48,358 bases of DNA, from positions 1 through 48,358 of the forward strand of contig MWBV01000004.1 of the NCBI GenBank assembly GCA_002069705.1. The letters run 5' to 3'. The notes under the pieces are model-generated. The model was given only the letters and a program-made list of their open reading frames with translations, made no database searches and had not been told where the DNA came from. Both the position numbers and the translations under genes were made by a program. Of this stretch, positions 24,826 to 32,929 are shown piece by piece (positions within the stretch are counted from its first letter, which is position 1; every line of letters starts with the position of its first letter). This stretch comes from Candidatus Diapherotrites archaeon ADurb.Bin253 (GTDB taxonomy: Archaea; Nanobdellota; Nanobdellia; Pacearchaeales; GW2011-AR1).

Positions 24826-27684
24826 TTAAACTTTAAGGCTTACAACTTTACTTATGCCTTCATGCATCGAGATACCATAAAGATTTGTAGCATTTGTGAT
24901 AACTTCATCATTGTGAGTTATAACAATATATTGTCCTTTCTGCATGTATTTTCTTAAGAGTCCTCCTAAACGTTCTGAGTTTCTTTTATCTAGAGCTGCA
25001 TCTATTTCATCCAATATATAGAAACAATAAGGATTAAGCTCTTGTATTGCAAATATTAATGAGAGTGCTACCATTGTTTGTTCTCCTCCTGAAAGAGAAG
25101 TAACATCAAAATACTTACCATGTCCTGTTTTAACTAATATTCCCACTCCTCCTTCAAAAGGTTCTTTAGGATTTTCAAGTTCAAGAGAAACCTGTCCTTT
25201 GACACTTATTTGTGCAAAATTTCTAGAAAATATCTCATTTAATTCTCCGAGAGTCTTAAGGAAAACTTTCTTTTTCTTTACATCAATATCATGGATTATC
25301 TTTAGGATGCTTTCTTTTTCTTTTGTTATCTTATTTGCTTTTTCATTTATTACATCGTATTCTTTTTTTATTTCATCATAGACTTCAACTGAACGCATAT
25401 TTACAGGACCTATCTGAGAAAATGCTTCCTGTATCTTTGCTAATTTTTCAGTTAAAAATTCCCTAGAACCTCTAATAGTCTCTATATCAGGAAAATTAAG
25501 CATATCTAATTCTAAATTCTCTATCTCTGCATCTATCTTTGCTTTCTCTATTTTGACATTATTTATTTCCTGTTCTATATTATATATGAAATTCTTTTTT
25601 ATAAGAGTGTCTTGATCATCTTTTCTTATTTTTGCCTGAAGGTCATCTCTTTCTTTTATCATTGCCTGGAACTTTTGAATTAGTTCTTCTTCTTGTTTCT
25701 TTTTCTTTTCAAGTATCTTCTCTTTTTCATCAAATTTCTTTTTAAAACCTGTAAGCTCTTCTTTAACATCTTCTTCTTCTCTTGAGAGTTGTTTCAAGGA
25801 AATCTTTAAACGTTCATACTCTCTCTGTTTAAAAGCAATTTCTGAATTTACATTTTCTTTTGTACGCAAAGATATTTCCTGAAGTTCAATTCTTGCAGTC
25901 TCGTATTTTTGTTCTACATTAGAATTCTCTTCTAATTCTTTTTCAAGATTATTCTTTAATTTCTCTATCTCAGCTAATTCTTTTCTTGAGATAATTATCT
26001 TGTCATTAAGACTCTTTATTGCATTTTTCTTTTCATTTATATTTGATATTTTTATTAAGTCCATTTCTCTCTTAGAAACCTCTGAAGATATTTTTTCTAT
26101 TTCTTGAGATAAAATTTCTTTTTTCATCCCTATTTGAGAGAGTTCTTTGTCTGAATCTTCTAGTTCTTTTGTAAGTGAAGATATTTTTGGATATATTTCT
26201 TTATGAATATTTTCTATATGTTCTTTTGTTATCTTGCTTTTACATAAAGGACAAATATCCATCTTGGATATTGTCTCAGTTATTTTTTTCTCTTTTTCAA
26301 TCTCTTTTTCACTTGAGAAAGAAATTTTTTCTAATTCTATCTGTCTCTTATTTAAATTTTCTAAAAGAGATTTTTTATTATATAAAGAAGATTTCAATTC
26401 TTCAACTGATTCAGGAGAAGTTCTTTTGTCAAATAATTGTCCTGATAGTGATTCTATTTGTTTGACTAAGAAATTTGATTCATTATCATAACCTTGGAGA
26501 GCAGATTTTTTATCCTCAAATTTTTCTCTTATTGATTTTAATTCTGATTTAATCATATAAAATCTTTTTCTTCTTTCTTCAAGCTTTTCAAGTTCTAATT
26601 TTTTTGATACTATTTCTTTTTCTTTTTTAACAACAGAAGGAGATTCTTTTTGTAGTTCTTTAAGTTCAAGTTCTTCTTTTCGTATTGACTCTTGATTTTC
26701 TAATTTTTGTTTAAGAATAGAATTTATTTTATTTTCACTATTTTCTATTTTAACATTTAATCCTGCAATATCTGCTCTTATAGAAGTTATTTCTTGATTT
26801 AATTTTTCTTGTTCAAGTCCAGTTGATTCTTGTATTTTCTTATTTATTGCTACTATCTTCTCTTCGTAATTTTTTATACCTTCGCTAAGCTTGGATATTT
26901 CCTGCTTTATTTTTTCTATTTCCTTATTTTTCTTTGCTATTGATTCTTCTATCTCTTTCAGATGTGATTTTCTTTTATTTATGTCTACTTTTATTATACT
27001 TGCTTTGAATTTTTTTATATCTCCTTCAAGTTTTTTATATTTGAGTGCTTGCTGCCTTTCTTTTTCAAGATTATTCAAGTAAGCTGTCCTTGCTCTTAAT
27101 ATAGAGAAAACTTCTTTTTGTTTTTCTTCTGTTTTTTCAAGCTCTTTAAGGGATTTTTCTTTTCTTGATTCATATACTGAAATTCCTGAAACTTCTTCTA
27201 TTATTTTTCTTCTTTCTTCTGTATGCATTCTTACAAAATTTTGTATTTCTCCCTGTAGGATTATATTAAATCCATTAGGGTCTATACCTGCCTGAGCAAG
27301 CAATCCAAGGACTTCTTGTCTTGTTTTTGTTTCATTATTTATTTTGTAGATGCTCTGTCCGTTTAATCTTACTATTCTTTTTATAGAAATTTCTTCTGAT
27401 TCTATTGAAAAAGTTTTATCTGTGTTATCAAAAACAATTTCTACAATTGCTTCTTTTGCAGGAGAAGCTGCTTTAGTTCCTAGAAAAATAAGATTTCTTG
27501 CTTTAGCTGCACGCATAGATTTTATGCTTAATCTTCCTAAAACAAAACATAATGCATCTGATATATTAGATTTTCCTGAACCATTTGGTCCCAATATAAC
27601 ATTTATACCTGATGTAAAAGGTATTTCTGTTTTTCTTGGAAAACTCTTGAAACCATGCATTACCAGTCTTTTAATGTAAGCCAT
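24826..27684 (-). CDS. smc: SMC-family ATPase with condensin-type heads, a central CPLC motif and no recognisable hinge
   Basis: GFKSF, Walker A GPNGSGKSN, Q-loop IILQG, GPVNM, signature LSGGE, Walker B/D-loop YILDEIDAALD and ITH. Long coiled coils flank CPLC at residues 478-481 of 952. A GGAGGT Shine-Dalgarno-like sequence precedes the ATG. Confidence 0.93.
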   Translation of the reverse strand: MAYIKRLVMHGFKSFPRKTEIPFTSGINVILGPNGSGKSNISDALCFVLGRLSIKSMRAAKARNLIFLGTKAASPAKEAIVEIVFDNTDKTFSIESEEISIKRIVRLNGQSIYKINNETKTRQEVLGLLAQAGIDPNGFNIILQGEIQNFVRMHTEERRKIIEEVSGISVYESRKEKSLKELEKTEEKQKEVFSILRARTAYLNNLEKERQQALKYKKLEGDIKKFKASIIKVDINKRKSHLKEIEESIAKKNKEIEKIKQEISKLSEGIKNYEEKIVAINKKIQESTGLEQEKLNQEITSIRADIAGLNVKIENSENKINSILKQKLENQESIRKEELELKELQKESPSVVKKEKEIVSKKLELEKLEERRKRFYMIKSELKSIREKFEDKKSALQGYDNESNFLVKQIESLSGQLFDKRTSPESVEELKSSLYNKKSLLENLNKRQIELEKISFSSEKEIEKEKKITETISKMDICPLCKSKITKEHIENIHKEIYPKISSLTKELEDSDKELSQIGMKKEILSQEIEKISSEVSKREMDLIKISNINEKKNAIKSLNDKIIISRKELAEIEKLKNNLEKELEENSNVEQKYETARIELQEISLRTKENVNSEIAFKQREYERLKISLKQLSREEEDVKEELTGFKKKFDEKEKILEKKKKQEEELIQKFQAMIKERDDLQAKIRKDDQDTLIKKNFIYNIEQEINNVKIEKAKIDAEIENLELDMLNFPDIETIRGSREFLTEKLAKIQEAFSQIGPVNMRSVEVYDEIKKEYDVINEKANKITKEKESILKIIHDIDVKKKKVFLKTLGELNEIFSRNFAQISVKGQVSLELENPKEPFEGGVGILVKTGHGKYFDVTSLSGGEQTMVALSLIFAIQELNPYCFYILDEIDAALDKRNSERLGGLLRKYMQKGQYIVITHNDEVITNATNLYGISMHEGISKVVSLKV

Positions 27685-27801
27685 TAAAAATAACCTCCAA
27701 GTTTTTTTCTATTTGCATCACCAGTTTTTTATTCTTAGTCATTTAAAATAACCCTTAAAATCAGAAGTTTTTTGGGTTTTTAAGCATTAATATAGAATAT
27801 C

Positions 27802-28473
27802 TTAAATCAATTTTTTTTGAGTGAGTTTTTCTGAAGCTTTTTTCCAGGTTTCCCAAGTTTTTCTAAAGATGCTTGCATTTTTTGGGTTATCTGCGTGCAA
27901 TTCTAAAAAATGAATTGTAGCTGGGTCAGAAGTGTATCCTGAACCTATTTCATCTCCATACTTTTCTCTTAAGATATTCATTTCTTTTTCACGTATTGAT
28001 TTTGCTAATATTGATGCTGCTGAAACTGCGACATAGTTTTTGTCTGCTTTGTGTTCACAAGTTATTTCAAGGTTTGATAAATTATTTATTTTCATTTTTA
28101 AAGCATCAACCCATTTAGTTACACCAACAGAAGGACAATCAATAACCACTTTTATTTTTTTGTAACCCTTGTTTATCTTATTTATTATCTCTGCTATTTT
28201 TCTGGATTCAAGATTATTTAGATTCATTCCTGAATTTAAACTCTTATCAATTTCTTTTGGATGAACTACTATAATCTCAAAGGTTTCAGCTTTTTCTCTT
28301 ACTATATTTGCAAGAAATTCCCTTCTTTTTGGAGTTAATTCTTTGCTGTCTTTTATTCCTAATCTTTTAAATTCTCTTTCAATTGAAGTGTCAATTAAGC
28401 AACCAGCAATAACCATTGGCCCTATAACAGGTCCTTTTCCTGCTTCGTCTATACCAAGAATAAAATCACCCAT
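27802..28473 (-). CDS. rnhB: Ribonuclease HII
   Basis: GIDEAGKGPVIGPM, DSK.L, KAD..Y.AVSAASILAK and GSGY.SDP. Confidence 0.96.
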   Translation of the reverse strand: MGDFILGIDEAGKGPVIGPMVIAGCLIDTSIEREFKRLGIKDSKELTPKRREFLANIVREKAETFEIIVVHPKEIDKSLNSGMNLNNLESRKIAEIINKINKGYKKIKVVIDCPSVGVTKWVDALKMKINNLSNLEITCEHKADKNYVAVSAASILAKSIREKEMNILREKYGDEIGSGYTSDPATIHFLELHADNPKNASIFRKTWETWKKASEKLTQKKLI

Positions 28474-28547
28474 AATATTCTTAAAACAAGTTTGTTTTTA
28501 AAAATTGTTGTTGTAAATAGTGTAAAACAAGAAAATATGTGATAAAC

Positions 28548-29003
28548 TTAAAGAAGATCTAAAATATAATTTTCTTCAACAGCATATTCTGTTCCTAAGC
28601 TTAATTTTACAGGTATTTTGTATTCTTTTGAAAGCATCTTTCCCAACTTATTCATTTTTGAGAGATTTTTTCTTCCATTAACATTCAAAACCCATTTGGA
28701 ATACTCGTTTGCTCCTTTTTTAGAGTTATTGAACCATAATGTTCCTAGATATTCTGCCTTAGAGTGTTTAGAATATGGTATTCCAAAAAATGATTTTTTT
28801 ATTGGTTCTTTGTCTTCTAAAATTCCAATAAAACTTGAGAGAGGATATTTAGTCCTTACTTTTCCATGTCCTGCTATATCAAACCCTTGTTCTTTTATTT
28901 TTACTGATACAGGATATGCTGGACCATTTACAAAATCCAATTCTAAATTTTGTTCTATTTCTTCTACTTTTGTCTTTAGTGATTTTTCTAATACTTTTTC
29001 CAT
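28548..29003 (-). CDS. Hypothetical protein
   Basis: About 151 aa from MEKVL at 29003; no family recognised. Confidence 0.6.
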   Translation of the reverse strand: MEKVLEKSLKTKVEEIEQNLELDFVNGPAYPVSVKIKEQGFDIAGHGKVRTKYPLSSFIGILEDKEPIKKSFFGIPYSKHSKAEYLGTLWFNNSKKGANEYSKWVLNVNGRKNLSKMNKLGKMLSKEYKIPVKLSLGTEYAVEENYILDLL

Positions 29004-29103
29004 ATAATTACAGTCTTTTAGATGTTTTATAAACATTTATATGAGTTAATCAAAGCCATTATATTCGAAGAATTTAAAAACGAAAAACATCTTTGAAATA
29101 GAT

Positions 29104-29179
29104 AGCGGGGTAGAGCAGTCTGGAGTGCTCGTCGGGCCCATAACCCGGAGGTCGTGTGGTTCAAATCCCACCCCCGCTA
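29104..29179 (+). tRNA. tRNA-Met(CAU), initiator type
   Basis: Acceptor AGCGGGG/CCCCGCT with A1-U72, three G-C pairs closing the anticodon stem, CAT anticodon and TTCAAAT T-loop. The T-stem has one extra nucleotide. Confidence 0.9.
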
Positions 29180-29193
29180 CTTTTGATTTTAAA

Positions 29194-29403
29194 ATGAACC
29201 ATTGGATAAAGATACTAATTCACCTATTGATATTTGTGGATTTACTTTTTCTTTCTACTTTAAGTGATTTTTTTGCAGTGTTATTTGTATTGTATATTGC
29301 CTATCTTATTCTTTTAGGAGTTAAATTATCCATAATTTATCTTGGAAAAATTATGAGAGGAGAGAATAAAGGCAGAAAAAAAGCAAAAAACCCTAAAACT
29401 TAA
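29194..29403 (+). CDS. Small membrane protein
   Basis: 69 aa from the ATG at 29194, with two hydrophobic helices and a basic tail. Confidence 0.6.
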   Translation: MNHWIKILIHLLIFVDLLFLSTLSDFFAVLFVLYIAYLILLGVKLSIIYLGKIMRGENKGRKKAKNPKT

Positions 29404-29425
29404 ATATAAGTTAAACCTTAAATAA

Positions 29426-29956
29426 ATGATGGGAAGAGAGGTGAAAATATATTTTGCTTTCTTGTTTTTAATTTTAATTGCAGGGATTGTTTGTGCTTAT
29501 CCTAGTTTCTCTTTAGTAAATGAAGATACAAATTCAAAAAAAGCAGTTATTGTTTACAATGTTGACCCTATAGAAGTCATTAATGATTATTCAACAGTAA
29601 TTCAACTTAATTATCTTTACGGAGATTTTGCAGATTTAATAGAGTATTTAAGAAATACAAAAATAATGACTATTCTTTATTATAATGGGGATATTAATTC
29701 TGAAACTGTAAAATATCTTGAAGAAGAATCTGGAGTTAATTTCAGAAGATTCTTGAAAAATGTGAACAAAGCTCAAAAATTAAATTCTTTAAATGAAGAA
29801 GAGATACTTAATACTCCTGAAATAATAATTAGTGGAAAGTCAATTGAACAACAGAATTCTGTTAAATTCACTTTTGTGACTAGTTTAACTATTATAATTA
29901 TAATTTCTATGATTGTGGTTGTAAAGTCCATGTCTAAGGAAAAGAAAAAAAGATAA
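29426..29956 (+). CDS. Secreted or membrane-anchored hypothetical protein
   Basis: N-terminal signal-like helix, C-terminal TM helix and a lysine-rich tail. Confidence 0.7.
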   Translation: MMGREVKIYFAFLFLILIAGIVCAYPSFSLVNEDTNSKKAVIVYNVDPIEVINDYSTVIQLNYLYGDFADLIEYLRNTKIMTILYYNGDINSETVKYLEEESGVNFRRFLKNVNKAQKLNSLNEEEILNTPEIIISGKSIEQQNSVKFTFVTSLTIIIIISMIVVVKSMSKEKKKR

Positions 29957-29965
29957 GGTAATGTA

Positions 29966-30012
29966 TTAGTAACTACATATTAAAAAATAAAATTAATTTA
30001 GTAACTACATAT
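29966..30012. repeat. 15-bp direct repeat with 32-bp period
   Basis: ttagtaactacatat occurs at 29966-29980 and 29998-30012. Confidence 0.85.
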
Positions 30013-30139
30013 GTAAATTCTGATTATACGAACTTTAATTTTCAAGAAGCCTTTAAAAATCTTTGCTTTATCGACGACAAATTTAAATACCCTGAAGGCG
30101 AGTTAAAATTGATTTAAATGAATTCCTATACTTTTTACA

Positions 30140-30910
30140 ATGAAAAGAAAAATGCCTCTAATCGCACTTGCACAAATAAAATACAATCATACAGGAAGAC
30201 ATAATGTTGACAGAATAAAGAAATATATTGTTCTAGCTGCTGAAAAAAAGGCAGATATTGTGTGTTTTCCTGAAACTTGTATAAATAAAGCTCAAAAATT
30301 ACCTTTAAATCACAAATTAATAAAAGAGATTCAAGAAACCTGTAAAGAACATTCTATTTGGGCAATAATAACAGATAATTTTATTTCTAAAGGAACACAT
30401 TATAAAATGGCTATTTTAATTAATAGAGAAGGAAAAATAAAAGGAAAATACAAGAAGATACATCTTTATGGTGATGGAGTTGAAGAAAACGGCAAAAGAA
30501 TTTTTGTAAGAGATACTGATTTTGGTAAGATTGGAATTGCTATTTGTTGGGACTTGGCTTTTCCAAAACTATTCAGAAAAATGAAAAAAGCAGGTGCTGA
30601 AATTGTTTTTTGTCCTTCTTATTGGGGATATGAAGCTAAAGCCCATAAAGAAGAACCTAAATTAAATGAATTGAATTTATTGAAATCAATGGTGCTTTCA
30701 AGAGCTTTTGAAAACTTGAATTTTGTATGTGTGTGTAATCCTTATAAAAAAGAATGGGATTTAATTGATTATTCTGCTATTGCTTCACCACATAAAATTC
30801 TTACAGAGTTGTATGATAAAGAAGGTTTAGTTATGTCAAAAATTAATTTAAATGAAATAGAAAAATTCACTAAACTTTACCCTGGTAAAAAACCTGGTGA
30901 AGAAAAATAA
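30140..30910 (+). CDS. Carbon-nitrogen hydrolase (nitrilase/amidase superfamily)
   Basis: Catalytic E-K-C triad in FPE, YKKIHL and ICWD; SRAFEN. Confidence 0.92.
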   Translation: MKRKMPLIALAQIKYNHTGRHNVDRIKKYIVLAAEKKADIVCFPETCINKAQKLPLNHKLIKEIQETCKEHSIWAIITDNFISKGTHYKMAILINREGKIKGKYKKIHLYGDGVEENGKRIFVRDTDFGKIGIAICWDLAFPKLFRKMKKAGAEIVFCPSYWGYEAKAHKEEPKLNELNLLKSMVLSRAFENLNFVCVCNPYKKEWDLIDYSAIASPHKILTELYDKEGLVMSKINLNEIEKFTKLYPGKKPGEEK

Positions 30911-30912
30911 AT

Positions 30913-31476
30913 TTATATTTTCTTTAAAATCTTTTTTTCAAGTTTCATTAAAATAAAAAAACCTATAATTGCGAATAAACCAGTTGTTGCAAATACTAAT
31001 TCAAATCCTATTCTCTCAGCTAACAATGCTCCAACTCCTGCTGTTATTGCTGTTCCTATACTTACAGAAGATGAATAAATTGAGTACTGGAATCCTCTTT
31101 TTCCTTTTTCAAGATTAGATGTGAATAAACTTGACCAAGAAGGATATGCAAATGCTGCTGCAATACCATAAACAAATTGAATTATATAAATATGGTAAAT
31201 ATGTGTTGAGAAAATATATCCTATTGGAACTAAAACAAACAAAGCAGTTCCTAATCTCAACATCCATAATCTATCTTTAGGATTAAATTTGTAAGCAAAT
31301 AAAAGCTGAAGAAGTGCATGAGTTATCATGAAAATTGCACTGGCTACTCCTGCTGCAGTTATTGTTCCTCCAACAAGATTATCTTTTATGAATATTGCAA
31401 GAATAGGAGAAATTAAACCAAAACCACTTAAAACAAATATGTCTGATATTATTAAAAGTTTTAATGTTTTGTTCAT
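30913..31476 (-). CDS. Half-size MFS-like transporter (about 6 TM)
   Basis: 187 aa with six hydrophobic helices and MFS-like P.W..L....L....RG and G...G..LAERIG motifs. Confidence 0.8.
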   Translation of the reverse strand: MNKTLKLLIISDIFVLSGFGLISPILAIFIKDNLVGGTITAAGVASAIFMITHALLQLLFAYKFNPKDRLWMLRLGTALFVLVPIGYIFSTHIYHIYIIQFVYGIAAAFAYPSWSSLFTSNLEKGKRGFQYSIYSSSVSIGTAITAGVGALLAERIGFELVFATTGLFAIIGFFILMKLEKKILKKI

Positions 31477-31597
31477 ATTTGTCTTTTACCTCAGGGTAAT
31501 TAGAAAATTTTGATTATAAATCTTTTGAAATAAGATTATTGAAAAACCATATATTTATAAGGATTTTAGGCAAATATTTTAATATACTCAAATATGA

Positions 31598-31678
31598 GCC
31601 GCCTTCGCATAGTGGTATTGCAGTGGATTGCTAATCCACGCCCTTCGGGGCTGGCAGGTTCGATTCCTGCAGGCGGCG
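31598..31678 (+). tRNA. tRNA-Ser(GCU)
   Basis: Acceptor GCCGCCT/AGGCGGC, anticodon arm GTGGA-TTGCTAA-TCCAC, long variable arm GCCC-TTCG-GGGC, T-loop TTCGATT and G discriminator. Confidence 0.96.
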
Positions 31679-31690
31679 TATTAAAAAATA

Positions 31691-32341
31691 TTAGTTTCTT
31701 TTCATAACTAAGTAACTTGTTCTATTTTTTGGAATATTTGGCCAATCAATAATTATTTGTCCATGAAAACCATTTTGAGTAAAAATCCTCGCAGTTTCTT
31801 TTAATTCTTGTTCACTTTTTGGATAAAATTGAATAACGAGAAGTCCGTTTTTGTTTAAAACAGAATAAATTCCTCAAGCTATTCTTTGTATTTCTTGTTT
31901 ACCCTTAATCCATTGAAGTGCAGAAACAGAAACAACTCCATCAAATTTACGACCTTCAAACAATTTTCCAACATCCTTCATATCTCCAACATATGCTTCA
32001 AATCCTTTTTCTTTGGATTTACTTATCATCTTTGGAATTAAATCCATGCAAGTTACATTATATCCTTCAGAACAATAGACTTCTGCAGTATATCCTGGAC
32101 CAGAGCCAATATCTAATAAAGACTTTCCAGAATCTAATTCTAAAAGTTCTAAAACTCTATAAGCTATTTTTTCTTGTGCTCTTCTCATACCTCCAGAACG
32201 AGAATATTTTTCTACTTCTTCATCAGTATAATAAAGAAGAGGATTTCCTAAATCTTCCTCAGGTCTATTATTTTTTACAACCCATCCTTTATCTTTTTTT
32301 GAGTTTCCTTTTCTTCTTTGATTTTTTTTATTTCTTATCAT
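31691..32341 (-). pseudogene. Bud23/WBSCR22-like class I SAM methyltransferase interrupted by one in-frame TGA (31874-31876)
   Basis: RPEE...P..YY..EE..KY, LLDIGSGPG, MDL.P.M, FDGVVSVSALQW; after the TGA, 60 more in-frame codons (GIYSVLNKNGLLVIQFYP...GFHG...DWP...YLVM) run to a TAA at 31691-31693. Confidence 0.8.
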
Positions 32342-32438
32342 AAAAAATTTAATTTCTCTGTTTTTATAAATATTATAATACCTGCTAGTATTAACAATTT
32401 ATGATAGGTTTTTAAATAATCATTTCGTATACTTATTT

Positions 32439-32597
32439 ATGGCAATGGTTGATTTAGAGGACATCCATTCAATAGAGAGGGCAAAGAAAAAAAATTCTGT
32501 AAGTCGTAAGCACATTTATTGTCAAAAGTGTGGTCGTGCAAAACGCTGTCATGATCCAGAGTGCACTCAATTACATTGTAATTGTGGACAACTTTAA
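32439..32597 (+). CDS. 52-aa cysteine-rich microprotein (putative zinc finger); not in the ORF track
   Basis: ATG at 32439, TAA at 32595-32597; MAMVDLEDIHSIERAKKKNSVSRKHIYCQKCGRAKRCHDPECTQLHCNCGQL. A TTTTTAAA box lies about 25 nt upstream. Confidence 0.65.
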   Translation: MAMVDLEDIHSIERAKKKNSVSRKHIYCQKCGRAKRCHDPECTQLHCNCGQL

Positions 32598-32619
32598 ATT
32601 TCAAAGAGTATTGGATAAC

Positions 32620-32904
32620 ATGGACAAAATAGACATAATAGATACTGAAGTAGATGACTTTGAAGATGAAGAAGAATTAGATGATGAAATTGAAGATGAA
32701 GAATATGAGGATGAGAGTGAAGAAGAAAAAATAGAAAATGAAAGATATGAACAATACGCAAATTTAATAAAACAAAAGACAGACAGAGAATTAATTGAGA
32801 GTATTTCTGTTAGATTATTTTCATTGGAAACAGATATAAAACATATAAGAGATGATTTAGTAGATTTGTATAATCTTGTACTTGAAAATCAGGAAATTGA
32901 CTAA
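32620..32904 (+). CDS. Highly acidic small protein
   Basis: 94 aa from the ATG at 32620, with a D/E-rich N-terminal half and a heptad-like C-terminal helix. Confidence 0.65.
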   Translation: MDKIDIIDTEVDDFEDEEELDDEIEDEEYEDESEEEKIENERYEQYANLIKQKTDRELIESISVRLFSLETDIKHIRDDLVDLYNLVLENQEID

Positions 32905-32929
32905 TTGAATTGTATAAATAAAATAATCT

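Noticed and set aside
25175-27679. Plus-strand ORFs opposite smc (25199, 26175, 26891, 27350) and minus-strand 26234-26491
   Set aside because: These are shadow or alternative frames of a Lys/Glu-rich coiled coil, with no independent signals.
24826-27684. Calling this gene plain Rad50/SbcC because of the CPLC motif
   Set aside because: The head sequences (LSIKSMRA, GPVNM, DEIDAALD, C-terminal GISKVVSL) match condensin SMC and not Rad50, and no mre11 is adjacent.
29125-29193. N-terminal extension of ORF 29125-29403
   Set aside because: It overlaps tRNA-iMet; the real start is more plausibly the ATG at 29194.
31874-31876. Genome-wide TGA recoding (Trp, Gly or Sec) as the explanation for the in-frame stop
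   Set aside because: TGA ends genes cleanly elsewhere, for example ileS at 44892 directly after a normal-looking C-terminus, and Trp is encoded by TGG throughout. The position is not an obvious catalytic Cys site for selenocysteine.
31918-32343. Plus-strand 141-aa ORF
   Set aside because: It is antisense to the methyltransferase and has a low-complexity Leu/Gln/Phe composition typical of shadow frames.
32530-32619. GTG-started extension of the acidic protein
   Set aside because: It overlaps the Cys-rich 52-aa ORF in another frame; the ATG at 32620 fits better.
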